This document shows, in pieces, positions 9,728 through 19,982 of a DNA stretch of 64,000 nucleotides (within the stretch, counting starts at the first letter, position 1; every line of letters begins with the position of its first letter). The notes below the pieces were generated by a model. It was not told where the DNA came from and did not search any database. It saw only the letters and a list, made by a program, of their open reading frames with translations. Source of the stretch: Chloroflexota bacterium (GTDB lineage: Bacteria > Chloroflexota > UBA11872 > VXOZ01); assembly GCA_965261635.1 (NCBI GenBank), contig OZ253463.1, positions 353,164 through 417,163 on the forward strand, read 5' to 3'. Made by a program: the position numbers and the translations under genes.

Positions 9728-9982
9728 GTGAAAGATAGTGCTCGGTACGCCAAAGTCGTCGAATGGTCCGAGGACGATCAGTGTTACGTGGGCAGCGCTC
9801 CGGGCCTGCTATACGGTGGGTGTCATGGAGAGGACGAGCGGCAAGTGTTCGAAGAGCTTTGCCACATCGTAGACGAAGTGATTGAGCTCTATCGAGTTGA
9901 CGGTAAGCCGTTGCCACCAGCCACCTCCGGTTGCGACATTGCAAACAGGGTGGAAGCCTTGGCTAGTTCTGTCGAACCGTGA
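9728..9982 (+). CDS. HicB-like (UPF0150) type II antitoxin-family protein, apparently orphan
   Basis: The 84-aa ORF has the HicB-N pattern Y..VEWSEDDQCYV..PGL.GC...G...EE.........ELY. No intact HicA is adjacent. Confidence 0.55.
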   Translation: MKDSARYAKVVEWSEDDQCYVGSAPGLLYGGCHGEDERQVFEELCHIVDEVIELYRVDGKPLPPATSGCDIANRVEALASSVEP

Positions 9983-10170
9983 TGTTCGCCCCGGCTACAA
10001 CTGCAACAGTGCTGTCAGCGCAATAATCCGGACACCATACGCGACATCTCGCCCTGACTACCAATCACCGATAGCATTCGACACTTCAGTTTCGATTGTG
10101 TTGGGAACCGCAATTCAAATTCTCAAATACCCTCAGCTACCTCATTGATGGCTCAAGACCTAGCACATCA

Positions 10171-10893
10171 CTACCCGCGGGCGATGTCTGTCGGCAGTAG
10201 GGGCACGGTGGTGGTGCGGCCCCAGACGCGCACTTGGCGGAACCCTTCGGCGTAGGGCGTGCCGACCTGCAGGCCGCGATACTTTGCCACCGTGACCATA
10301 GAATCGATGTAGTCGATGTTGTCGTGCTCCTTCAGCCACGCGTATTGGCTCTCGTGGCACGCCAGCATCTGTCGCTTGGTTTCGATGGTATCGCTGATAT
10401 CCACCCAGAATTCCGGCAGGAAGTCGACGCCCATCAGGGTATCCATGTAGAAAATGGGCACGAGCTGCGCCGGTGTCTCCTGATTCGAGACGAGATGGGG
10501 AATCGTGGCGTCAAAGCTCGCTTTCAGCACCAACTCGCCCACCAGGCGATGATCGTCCATATAGTCGTTTGGCGAATGGGTGATGATTACGTCCGGCTGG
10601 GCCTCGCGCACCGCATCGATCAACCGCGCAATCGCCTCGTTCGTGCTCTGGCGCACGTCGGCGTCATCGATGTCGAGCCATTGAAAGTGCGCGCCGATCA
10701 CGTTGGCGCTGTCTATCGACTCTTGCTTACGCACCTCTTTCAGTTCGGGCGGCATGATCTCCACGTGACCCAGACCGCCGTTACACACGTAGCACATCGT
10801 CACCTGATGTCCCTGCTGCGCATATTTGGCCAGCGTGCCCGCGCAGAGCAGCTCGATGTCGTCAGGATGTGCGCCAATTGCCATCACCCGCAT
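10171..10893 (-). CDS. PIG-L/LmbE family N-acetylglucosaminyl deacetylase
   Basis: N-terminal AHPDDxE motif with HxxH and D residues typical of LmbE-like deacetylases. Confidence 0.85.
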   Translation of the reverse strand: MRVMAIGAHPDDIELLCAGTLAKYAQQGHQVTMCYVCNGGLGHVEIMPPELKEVRKQESIDSANVIGAHFQWLDIDDADVRQSTNEAIARLIDAVREAQPDVIITHSPNDYMDDHRLVGELVLKASFDATIPHLVSNQETPAQLVPIFYMDTLMGVDFLPEFWVDISDTIETKRQMLACHESQYAWLKEHDNIDYIDSMVTVAKYRGLQVGTPYAEGFRQVRVWGRTTTVPLLPTDIARG

Positions 10894-11117
10894 GGTTTCA
10901 CTCCTTAGTCGTTAGTCATGCCCTTAAGCTCTCTACGGTATTATAAGAACTAAGGGCGTTCTGCACTATAGGCACCATGCACCACACTATAATCAACGCG
11001 ACGCAGGTTACAAACCTGCGCTACCGGGTGCTACTTACCACGTAGATTTGAAAGATGCTTGACTCAAAAGTTGAATCCTTCCCTGCACAGGCGCGTGACC
11101 TGTGCAAACCGAGCACG

Positions 11118-11948
11118 ATGCGGGCGTTGCTGCGGCGCGTGGACTTGCGCCTAAGCCGCAAGCTGGGCCAACACATGCTGGCCGACCCCGCGGTGCTGCG
11201 CAGTATCATGCAACACGTGCAGAGCACGGACCACGACCATATCTTGGAGATTGGGCCCGGTCTCGGCAGCCTGACCGTCTGCCTGGCGGCGGTGGCGCGG
11301 CGCGTGGTGACCGTGGAGCTCGATGCCCGCATGATCGCCCTCCTGGACTCTACCCTCGCGTTTCATTCGAATGTCGAAACGGTGCACCAGGATGCCGTCG
11401 CGTTCGATCCGTACCCATACTTTGGAGAGACGCCGTACATGCTGGCGGCGAACTTGCCTTACAGTGTTGCAACCCCCGTGATGCGGCGTCTGGCGGCGCA
11501 TCCGTTTGGCCCGCAGCGCATGGTCGTGATGCTGCAACGCGAAGTCGCGGCGCGGGTCTGCGCGGCTCCGGGCGAGATGAGCTACCTCTCCCTGCTCATG
11601 CAGACTTATTCGGAGGCTAGGCACTTGCTCGCCGTTCCTGCGCAAGCGTTCTTTCCGCCGCCGAAGGTGGACTCCGCCGTGGTGGAAATGGTCAAACGCG
11701 AGCAGCCGTACTTCCCGGCAGAGGCGATAGAGGGCGTATTGCGGCTGGCGCGCGCAGGCTTCTCCCAGCGACGCAAGCAGGTGCACAATTCCGTGCGGTC
11801 AATTCTGCGCATTGAGGACGACCACATGCGCGCGCTCCTTGAAGAAGCGGACATAGCCCCGCAGTGCCGCCCGCAGGAACTTTCGCTCGATGAATGGTAT
11901 GCGCTGTACAAGGCCGTGCGCGCCGACGGACTGCTCATTGGAGGCTGA
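11118..11948 (+). CDS. rsmA: 16S rRNA (adenine1518/1519-N6)-dimethyltransferase
   Basis: LGQHML(F)xD N-terminal motif, SAM-binding EIGPGLG, and NLPY. An alternative upstream start exists at 11055. Confidence 0.85.
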   Translation: MRALLRRVDLRLSRKLGQHMLADPAVLRSIMQHVQSTDHDHILEIGPGLGSLTVCLAAVARRVVTVELDARMIALLDSTLAFHSNVETVHQDAVAFDPYPYFGETPYMLAANLPYSVATPVMRRLAAHPFGPQRMVVMLQREVAARVCAAPGEMSYLSLLMQTYSEARHLLAVPAQAFFPPPKVDSAVVEMVKREQPYFPAEAIEGVLRLARAGFSQRRKQVHNSVRSILRIEDDHMRALLEEADIAPQCRPQELSLDEWYALYKAVRADGLLIGG

Positions 11949-12100
11949 ATTTCGTGCTCGAGATGGTGTGTATTGGTGGGGCAAAACAGCGGGGGACAAG
12001 CCCCCGCGCTACGGCTTCTGGTTCCCTCTCCCAAGGGAGAGGGTTAGGGTGGGGGGACTCCTCAAAACAAGGATGATGAACCATTGATCCAGGTACTCAG

Positions 12101-12754
12101 ATGACTCTCACACCGGAAGATCCCACTCGCTGGCTCATCGTCGGGCTGGGCAATCCAGAGAAGAAGTATACCGCTAATCGCCACAATGTCGGCTTTCACG
12201 TGCTCGACCGGCTCGCGGCCAAGACCGGCGTGTCCATCACGGATCGGCGCTTTCAGGGCAGGTTCGGTAAGGCGGCGGTGGGGCAACACGCAATGTTGCT
12301 CCTCAAGCCGACCACATTCATGAATGCCAGCGGCGCCGCCGTAGCCAAGGCCGCAAACTACTACAAGATTCCTTTTGAAAACGTTGCCGTGGTCTACGAC
12401 GACATAGACCTGGAGTTCGCCCGGCTGCGCATCCGCGCCGGTGGCAGCCACGGCGGACATCGCGGCGTGGAATCGGTTATAGAAGCGCTCGGTACCCGCA
12501 CATTTCCGCGCCTGCGCATCGGCGTGGGTCGTCCGCCGGGCGGCATGGACCCAATTGACTACGTGCTCAGCGACTTCTCGCCTGATGAGCAGCCTGCGAT
12601 AGAAAAGACGATTGAACAGGGCGTTGATGCTGCGTTGAGCCTTGTTACCGAGGGGTTAGAAAGGACCATGACGCGCTTCAACAGCCGCGCGACCGCACCC
12701 GCTCGGCCGGACGCTCCCAAGGAGCCGCAAACGGCAGCGTCGCCGGAGGTGTAG
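12101..12754 (+). CDS. pth: Peptidyl-tRNA hydrolase
   Basis: LIVGLGNPxxxYxxxRHNxGF signature, with the catalytic His and Asp in place. Confidence 0.9.
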   Translation: MTLTPEDPTRWLIVGLGNPEKKYTANRHNVGFHVLDRLAAKTGVSITDRRFQGRFGKAAVGQHAMLLLKPTTFMNASGAAVAKAANYYKIPFENVAVVYDDIDLEFARLRIRAGGSHGGHRGVESVIEALGTRTFPRLRIGVGRPPGGMDPIDYVLSDFSPDEQPAIEKTIEQGVDAALSLVTEGLERTMTRFNSRATAPARPDAPKEPQTAASPEV

Positions 12755-12785
12755 CGGCACTTAACGTAACACCGGCTAGAAAGTA

Positions 12786-12815
12786 TTGGCTCTTGCGATG
12801 AGAGTCATCTATAAT
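12786..12815 (+). promoter_or_regulatory. Candidate sigma70-type promoter (TTGGCT-N18-TATAAT) upstream of mfd
   Basis: A consensus -10 TATAAT lies in the lower-GC intergenic region between pth and mfd. The -35 is imperfect. Confidence 0.3.
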
Positions 12816-13011
12816 CAAACGTCTCTCGGCCTGATCGTCTGCCGGACACAATGGCACAAGTTCAAGGGCTAACATCTCTTGACTTCTCGCTTCGCTCGAA
12901 ATGACACAAAAGAGCTCGCACAAGGCATGATCCGGCATCAGATTAATTCAGTCAGCAACCAACGCTTGAAACTTACATAGGATAGTGGTGTGAATTCAGG
13001 AAAACCCTTCA

Positions 13012-16000
13012 ATGAATCTTGACGGCATCCGGGCGCTCCTCGCCCCTCTGCCATGGGCGGAGGCGGCACAGCGCTGGACAAGAGCGCAACAATCGCAGCA
13101 GGTAGCCGCACGCGCGGGCGCGCGTCCGGTGCTGGCTGCCGTGGCCCAGCAGCAAGCGACGCAGCCGCTGCTCATTCTCTGCGCCGATCGCGACCGCGCA
13201 CACCGCTTCTACCAGGAACTTTGCTCGTGGTCGCCGCAAGCGGCAAACGTGCTTTTCTACCCGGAGCTTGACTACCTGCCGTACGAAAACCTGCCTCATT
13301 TTTCCACTACGCTCAGCGCGCGCATTGCGGTGCTCGGCGCTTTGCTGGCGGGGCAGAACGCCAAGTTGCCGCCTGGAGACTACCCGGTAGTCGTTACCTC
13401 TGTGCGGGCGTTGTTCGAGCGGCTGCCGTCCCCAGCGGAGTTACGTGAACACGTGCTCGTGCTCGCGCCGGGCCAGCGCACCGATCCGGCGGCGCTCAAG
13501 AACCGTCTGCTCCGATTCGGCTATGAACCCATGCCGCAAGTAGAAGAGCCCGGTACTTTCACCGGTCGCGGCGGCATCGTGGACATTTTCCCACCCTCGG
13601 AAGACCAGCCCATTCGCATCGAATTCTTTGGCGACGAGATCGATTCGGTGCGCCCCTTCAACGTGTCTACCCAGCGCAGCACGGCCCAACATACTTCACT
13701 TGCTATCCTCCCCGCCAACGAAGTACCCACTTGGCGCAGCACCGAATTCGCTGCCGCCGTCCGTGGGCTCGACCACAGCGGCCTGCGGCGGGAAGTGCGC
13801 GAACAGTGGCAACGCCATCTTCGCCTCCTGGAAGAGGGCGTATACTTCGAGCACGCCTCGTTCTACGCCATGCCCTTTCTCAATCACAACCTGCTCCACT
13901 TCCTGCCGCACGGCCTGGTGCTCGCGGAAGACACCGAGCACTTGCAGGACGTTGCCCACGCCCTGGAGACGCAGACCGCTGAACGGAAAAGTCGACTGGT
14001 TGCGGGCGGCGAGCTCTCCGCCGACTGGCCGGAGTCCTACCATGCCGCCGCTACAGTTCAGGAGCAGACGAGCGCGTACGCCGTGCTGGACGTGCGAGAC
14101 CAAGCTGACGGCGAAAGTGACGGACTTGACGTGCTGCCCGTCTACGCGGGCCGTCCGGGGCGGCTGGCCAAAGGCATTGAGCACTTCAGCGAGCAGGGGA
14201 TGCGCGTCGTCCTAGCAACGACCCAAGTGGAGCGCGTGACCGAGATTCTCCTGGAATACGACCTCAGACCCACTGTGCACTCCGCGCTTCCAGCGCCGCC
14301 GCCAGCGGGCAGTACTAGCGTCGTGCCGCTCGCCTTGGCGGAAGGTCTGCGCTGCGAGCAAGCGGGTCTGCTCGTGCTTTCGGATGCCGAGATCTTCGGT
14401 TGGAAGCGGCCGCCAACTGCCGCACGCCTGCGGCCCTCCGTGCGCGGCCAGCGGCTCTTGGATGAACTGCAGGTCGGTGATCACGTTGTCCACGTCGACC
14501 ACGGCATTGGACGTTTCTCAGGCATAAGTCGCATGCCCGGCCCCTCCGGCGAGCGCGAGTACCTGGTGCTGGAATTCGCCCGCGACGACCGTATCTATGT
14601 GCCCACCGACCACATGGACCGGGTGGAAAAGTATGTCGGCATGGGCGAACGCGTGCCGACACTCTCGCGCTTAGGCACCCAGGAGTGGACTCGCGCCAAG
14701 CAACGCGCGCAGCAATCGGTCGTGGACATGGCGCAAGACCTCGTTGACATCGCCGTCGCCCGCGAGTCCGAACCGGGGCACGCCTTTGCTGCCGACACCG
14801 ACTGGCAGCGACAGCTTGAACAGGCCTTCCCCTACGCCGAGACACCGGACCAGGAGAAAGCGATCGCCGACGTAAAGCTCGACATGGAGCAGCCGCGTCC
14901 CACGGACCGGCTCATCTGCGGCGACGTGGGCTTCGGCAAGACCGAGGTGGCAATTCGGGCCGCTTTCAAAGCGGTCGCGGACGGCAAGCAAGTCGCCGTG
15001 CTGGTGCCCACCACCGTGCTCGCGCTCCAGCATTACGAGACATTGAGCAGCCGCCTGCGGCCGTTTCCCGTCCGGGTGGGTCTGGTCAGCCGCTTTCGCA
15101 CGCCGAAAGAGATCCAGAAACATCTGGCGGACCTCAGCGCAGGCACGCTCGATATTGCTGTGGGCACCCACCGTTTGCTCTCCAAAGACGTGCAATTCAA
15201 AGACCTGGGGCTCGTCATCGTCGACGAGGAGCAACGGTTCGGTGTAGCTCAGAAAGAGCACTTCAAGCAACTGCGCAAGCAGGTGGACGTGATTGCGCTC
15301 TCCGCCACGCCCATTCCGCGCACGCTACACATGGCGTTGGCAGGCATCCGCGACCTCAGCGTTATCGAGACGCCGCCACCCAACCGCCTAGCAGTCAAGA
15401 CCTACGTCACCACGTTCAACGACGATCTGGTCAAAGACGCCATCCAACGTGAACTCAATCGCGGCGGACAGGTCTTCATGGTGCACAACGACATCGAGAC
15501 GATTTATTCGCTGGCGTACCATGTGCGCGAACTGGTGCCCACGGCGCGCGTTACCGTCGGCCACGGCCAGATGGAATCGGACCGCCTGGAGAAGGTGATG
15601 CACGCCTTCGTGCAAGGCGAGTTCGACATCCTGGTCAGCACGACTATCATCGAAAACGGTCTGGATATTCCCCGTGTGAATACCCTCATCGTCAACGACG
15701 CCTGGCGCTTTGGGCTGGCGCAGCTCTACCAACTGCGGGGTCGGGTCGGCCGCGCCGACGTACAGGCCTATTCCTACTTTCTCTATAACCCGGTGAAGCA
15801 GCTCTCGGAAGAGGCTGAGAAACGGCTGGACGCCATCATGGAAGCTACGGAATTGGGTGCGGGCTTCAAGATCGCGCTGCGCGACCTGGAAATTCGCGGC
15901 GCCGGCAACTTGCTGGGTTCCGAGCAGCATGGCTTCGTAAACGCCGTGGGTCTCAACCTCTACACCAAAATGCTCCAACAGACGGTGCAGTCCATGCTCG

Positions 16001-16488
16001 GCCGGCAACCCGAGGTCGATCTGCCGCCGGAGCAGGCGTTGGAAACCGTGGTGGACCTGCCTCTTGCCGCGTACATACCGGATGAGTACGTGGGAGGCGT
16101 CGGCGCCAAGATGAAGCTCTACCAACGGGCGGCAGCGCTGAAGGGACGTGAGGAGACCGAGTCTTTCGCCGAAGAGCTTCGCGACCGGTTTGGCCCGCCG
16201 CCACCGGCAGTGAAGAGTCTTCTGGCGCTGCTGCGGCTGCGCGCGCGGGCGGCGGAGAACGGCATTCTCTCGCTGGCCTTCGAGGATGATGTGCTCGTCA
16301 TCCGCTTCCGCGATGAACGCGTCTTCGACCGCATGCGCATATTCAAGGAGTTCGGCTCCGACGTGCGCCTGACCCGCAACGTGGTGCGCTGGCACGTGGC
16401 ACGCCAGGAAGAGAAATGGCGCGACGGATTGGAGACGCTCTTAGAAGTGCTACTGGAATCCAAGGTGCTGGTGGGATCGCAGCGATAG
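13012..16488 (+). CDS. mfd: Transcription-repair coupling factor
   Basis: The 1158-aa ORF has UvrB-homology N-domains, an RNAP-interaction domain, a superfamily-2 helicase core (GDVGFGKTEVA Walker A, DEEQRFG DExx-type box) and a TRG motif region. Confidence 0.9.
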   Translation: MNLDGIRALLAPLPWAEAAQRWTRAQQSQQVAARAGARPVLAAVAQQQATQPLLILCADRDRAHRFYQELCSWSPQAANVLFYPELDYLPYENLPHFSTTLSARIAVLGALLAGQNAKLPPGDYPVVVTSVRALFERLPSPAELREHVLVLAPGQRTDPAALKNRLLRFGYEPMPQVEEPGTFTGRGGIVDIFPPSEDQPIRIEFFGDEIDSVRPFNVSTQRSTAQHTSLAILPANEVPTWRSTEFAAAVRGLDHSGLRREVREQWQRHLRLLEEGVYFEHASFYAMPFLNHNLLHFLPHGLVLAEDTEHLQDVAHALETQTAERKSRLVAGGELSADWPESYHAAATVQEQTSAYAVLDVRDQADGESDGLDVLPVYAGRPGRLAKGIEHFSEQGMRVVLATTQVERVTEILLEYDLRPTVHSALPAPPPAGSTSVVPLALAEGLRCEQAGLLVLSDAEIFGWKRPPTAARLRPSVRGQRLLDELQVGDHVVHVDHGIGRFSGISRMPGPSGEREYLVLEFARDDRIYVPTDHMDRVEKYVGMGERVPTLSRLGTQEWTRAKQRAQQSVVDMAQDLVDIAVARESEPGHAFAADTDWQRQLEQAFPYAETPDQEKAIADVKLDMEQPRPTDRLICGDVGFGKTEVAIRAAFKAVADGKQVAVLVPTTVLALQHYETLSSRLRPFPVRVGLVSRFRTPKEIQKHLADLSAGTLDIAVGTHRLLSKDVQFKDLGLVIVDEEQRFGVAQKEHFKQLRKQVDVIALSATPIPRTLHMALAGIRDLSVIETPPPNRLAVKTYVTTFNDDLVKDAIQRELNRGGQVFMVHNDIETIYSLAYHVRELVPTARVTVGHGQMESDRLEKVMHAFVQGEFDILVSTTIIENGLDIPRVNTLIVNDAWRFGLAQLYQLRGRVGRADVQAYSYFLYNPVKQLSEEAEKRLDAIMEATELGAGFKIALRDLEIRGAGNLLGSEQHGFVNAVGLNLYTKMLQQTVQSMLGRQPEVDLPPEQALETVVDLPLAAYIPDEYVGGVGAKMKLYQRAAALKGREETESFAEELRDRFGPPPPAVKSLLALLRLRARAAENGILSLAFEDDVLVIRFRDERVFDRMRIFKEFGSDVRLTRNVVRWHVARQEEKWRDGLETLLEVLLESKVLVGSQR

Positions 16489-16522
16489 ATCTGGCTGTAT
16501 ATTAGACTCCGATCGGGAACAC

Positions 16523-16563
16523 AAGAAGAGGAGCCTTGGTACCAAACCAGGGCTCCTCTTCTT
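16523..16563 (+). terminator. Stem-loop terminator candidate after mfd
   Basis: A perfect 13-bp stem aagaagaggagcc/ggctcctcttctt with a 15-nt loop lies 35 nt past the mfd stop. The downstream U-tract is weak. Confidence 0.4.
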
Positions 16564-16839
16564 GTCACGTCAGAATTGGTGCTGCACTACAGCCTATCTC
16601 TTTCGTGTTAACAGTATACCATCTTGACGGTTAGCGTACACATTTGCCGCAAGAACGGTGTATTTGTGTGGGTTTCTTTACTGAATTTACCGAGAAGGTA
16701 TACTTGCCGCTTGGTAAACTATGCACCCATCTGCCGCACCCAGCCGCCCTGTGCTTCGCCCTTGATACCAATGCGAGCGCTGCTTTGCTGCTGGGGAAGT
16801 CGGATCCAGGTGGGGCTTTGCATCCCTACTGGAGGTAGT

Positions 16840-18768
16840 ATGACCGGACCAAACCGCACGACTTACCACGTTGTCATGCGGCAACTGCGCGCGCACGTGC
16901 ACCTCATCGCGGGCATCATTGCGCTCGTCATTGTGAGCACCGGCGTGAGTCTCGTCTCTCCGCTGCTCGTCAAACGTCTGATTGACGACGCGATTTCGGC
17001 ACAGGATGTGGCGCTGATCGTGCTGCTGCTTGTCGGCATCATTGCCTTTCCGCTGATCGCCATGGCGCTGGGGGCAGTGCAGAACTATCTGCGCGCCAGC
17101 ATCGGCGAAGCGGTATCGCAATCGCTCCGGCAGGCGCTCTTCAATCACATCATGTACGTGCGCATGCAAGACCTGGAGCGTGTCGCAAGCGGACGCATCA
17201 TTCGGACGATTACGAAAGTCTGCGGTGAGATTGGTGAAGTGTACGTGAGCAATGAGTTGCTCCCCATGTTCACGAACGCCGTGCTTTTGCTCGGCACGTT
17301 GGGCGTCATGTTCTTTCTCAACGGCCGCTTGTTGCTGGTCAGCCTGATCGCCTTTCCGCTCTCTTACCTTTTTGCGCGAAGGATGCAGAACTATGCAGAA
17401 AGTCTCGATCGGGAGTTCATTCAGGTCTTAGAACAAGGCATGAATTATCTGCAAGATGCAATACCGGGCATGCGCACCGTGCGCGCCCACACCGCCGAGC
17501 CCTATGAAGCAAAGCGGTGGCTGGAATGGCTCAAGACCCACTGGCGTATCAAGGCAGAGAGTATTATCTTCCATAATCTAGCGCGGACGCTCCCGCTGGG
17601 CCTAATCCAGAGCGTGGCCGTTGGACTGGTGTACGGCTACGGCGCATACGAGGTAATTAACGGCCGGCTGAGCATCGGCGGCTTGGTGGCCTTCATCATC
17701 TACGTACCGCGCGCCTATTTCGCTTTGGAAGGAATTTTGGACGGCCACATCAGCACCGGCCAGGCAAAGGCCGCTGCCGAGCGCATTGACTCTCTTCTCG
17801 CTCTGCCTTTTGAAGAGAATTCGAATGCTGCGCAAGACACCGCACAGACTTTAGCACGTACCGCGGGACAGGCAGGGCAAGGAGCTGACCGCGGTGAGCT
17901 AGGCATTAGGCAGATGGAGCAATCTAAACAGTCATCTACGGAGTCTTCACTAGAGTCGGGTGGTTCCGTTCATGCTTCGACAGGCTCAGCACGAACGGAA
18001 AAGAGTGCAGCCAGATACGCGGGTACCGATGTCGGTTCAGGCGGCGCTGCTATCGAATTCGCCGATGTCTCTTTCGATTACGGACGCGACGGTTTCGGTC
18101 TGGAAGACGTGTCTTTTCGGATCGAGCCCGGTAGCTTTGTCGGTGTCGTTGGTCTGAGCGGCGGCGGCAAGAGTACCGTCATCGATCTCCTAATGCGCTT
18201 CTACGAACCTCTCTCGGGCGCAATTCGCGTAGACGGCACGGCCATCGACACGTTACCGCTTACAGACCTGCGCGGGATGATCGGGCTCGTGCCGCAGGAC
18301 GTCTTCCTCTGGAACGACAGCATCTACGCGAATCTCGTGTATCCTGCCCGTGAGGTGTCGCGGGAGCGCGTCATCGCAGCCGCCAAAGCGGCACAACTCC
18401 ATGATTTCGTTGAGACGCTGCCGGAAGGCTATGATACGCAGGTCGGCGAGCGCGGCCTGGCGCTTTCGGGTGGCGAACGCCAGCGCCTAGCGCTCTGCCG
18501 GGCTATTCTCGAACAGCCGCGCATTCTCTTGCTGGACGAAGCGACGTCCGCCCTGGACGCACTGACCGACCGGAAAGTAAGAGACGCCCTCGAGACGGCA
18601 CGGCGCGGGCGGACCACCATGGTCGTGGCGCACCGGCTGGTTACTGTGATGCACGCCGACAAGATTCTCGTGCTCGACGAAGGGAGATTGGTCCAAGAAG
18701 GTACGCCTCAGGAGCTCCTCTCCCAGCCGGGCCTCTTCCAGGACCTCTATGAGGCACAGAGGCTGTGA
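16840..18768 (+). CDS. ABC transporter, fused permease/ATP-binding exporter (MsbA/type I exporter-like)
   Basis: Start chosen at the ATG after a GGAGG RBS (16831-16835). It has 6 TM segments followed by an NBD with Walker A GLSGGGKST, the signature LSGGERQR and Walker B ILLLDEATS. An unusual ~90-aa low-complexity linker sits between the TMD and NBD. Confidence 0.8.
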   Translation: MTGPNRTTYHVVMRQLRAHVHLIAGIIALVIVSTGVSLVSPLLVKRLIDDAISAQDVALIVLLLVGIIAFPLIAMALGAVQNYLRASIGEAVSQSLRQALFNHIMYVRMQDLERVASGRIIRTITKVCGEIGEVYVSNELLPMFTNAVLLLGTLGVMFFLNGRLLLVSLIAFPLSYLFARRMQNYAESLDREFIQVLEQGMNYLQDAIPGMRTVRAHTAEPYEAKRWLEWLKTHWRIKAESIIFHNLARTLPLGLIQSVAVGLVYGYGAYEVINGRLSIGGLVAFIIYVPRAYFALEGILDGHISTGQAKAAAERIDSLLALPFEENSNAAQDTAQTLARTAGQAGQGADRGELGIRQMEQSKQSSTESSLESGGSVHASTGSARTEKSAARYAGTDVGSGGAAIEFADVSFDYGRDGFGLEDVSFRIEPGSFVGVVGLSGGGKSTVIDLLMRFYEPLSGAIRVDGTAIDTLPLTDLRGMIGLVPQDVFLWNDSIYANLVYPAREVSRERVIAAAKAAQLHDFVETLPEGYDTQVGERGLALSGGERQRLALCRAILEQPRILLLDEATSALDALTDRKVRDALETARRGRTTMVVAHRLVTVMHADKILVLDEGRLVQEGTPQELLSQPGLFQDLYEAQRL

Positions 18769-18985
18769 ACGCCCGGATACGAAGAGAGAAGAGGGCAATC
18801 ACAAGGATTGCCCCTACACCACAACATCAGGTGAGAACTGATTTTGAACCTGCGCCACTCGGGGTGCGGCAGCACGTGCATCACGGGCTCCGATTCTCCC
18901 GCCGCGCGGTTGCCGCAGGCAATCAGAGCCGCGTATAATCGCCACAGGATCCCACCGCTTCACATGATTCGAGAAGCCGCTCCCC

Positions 18986-19948
18986 ATGCGCGTACTCATT
19001 ACCGGAATCACCGGGTTTGCGGGTAGTCATTTGGCGGATACGTGCCTGGCGCGGGGCGCCAAGGTGTGGGGTCTGACTCAAGCGCCGGGGCCGCATCCAA
19101 ACCTTGTGCACCTCGGCGATCGCGTGCAACTCCACGTTGCGAACATCACTGACGAAGCCGGCATGCATGCCGCGCTTGCCGCGATCAAGCCGGATAGGAT
19201 ATTCCATCTCGCGGCCCAAGCCCACGTGCCGACGGCGTGGAGCGACCCGGCCGCGACCCTCACCACCAACATCCTCGGGCAACTGAACGTGATCCTGGCA
19301 ATGCAGCGGCACGTGCCGGAGGCGCGGCTGCTCGTGGTGAGTTCGAGCAACGTCTACGGCATGGTGGACGAGAAAGACCTGCCCGTGAGCGAAACAACGC
19401 CGTTTCGTCCCGCCGATCCGTACGCGGTGAGCAAGGTGGGGCAGGACATGCTGGCATTGCAGTACTGGCAGAGCCACGGGTTGCCCATCGTGCGTGTGCG
19501 CCCGTTCAACCACATCGGACCGCGCCAAGCGCCGGACTTCGTCATCGCCCGCTTTGCGCAGCAACTGGCACAGATGGAGGCAGGAGCAATTCCGCCGACG
19601 TTGAAAGTGGGCAACATGAGCGCTAAGCGCGACTTCACCGACGTGCGCGACGTGGCCCACGCCTACTGGCTGGCGCTGGATAAGGGCACGCCCGGCGCAG
19701 TCTATACCATCGGTTCCGGCAACGCGCGCTCGATTGATGAGATGCTGCAGATTATGCTGGGCCTAACGCGGGTAAACGTAGCGGTGGAAACGGATCCGGC
19801 GCTCTTCCGGCCGGGCGACTTGCCGATACTCCAGGCGGATCCGCGCGCGATCCAGGAGCAGACCGGCTGGCGGGCCGAGATTCCCCTGGAACAGACCTTG
19901 GAGGACACACTCGACTACTGGCGGGACCGCCTGCGCGCTACTACATGA
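18986..19948 (+). CDS. NAD-dependent epimerase/dehydratase family protein (GDP-sugar reductase/dehydratase-like)
   Basis: N-terminal Rossmann GxTGFxG (ITGITGFAGSHL) and YxxxK (YAVSK). A TATAAT box is 50 bp upstream. Confidence 0.8.
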   Translation: MRVLITGITGFAGSHLADTCLARGAKVWGLTQAPGPHPNLVHLGDRVQLHVANITDEAGMHAALAAIKPDRIFHLAAQAHVPTAWSDPAATLTTNILGQLNVILAMQRHVPEARLLVVSSSNVYGMVDEKDLPVSETTPFRPADPYAVSKVGQDMLALQYWQSHGLPIVRVRPFNHIGPRQAPDFVIARFAQQLAQMEAGAIPPTLKVGNMSAKRDFTDVRDVAHAYWLALDKGTPGAVYTIGSGNARSIDEMLQIMLGLTRVNVAVETDPALFRPGDLPILQADPRAIQEQTGWRAEIPLEQTLEDTLDYWRDRLRATT

Positions 19949-19982
19949 GTTCATTGCCAATGCATGGCTTCACGCAACTAAA

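Noticed and set aside
16624-16839. N-terminal 72-aa extension of the ABC exporter ORF
   Set aside because: The extension lacks protein-like features. An ATG with a GGAGG RBS at 16840 gives a canonical exporter N-terminus.
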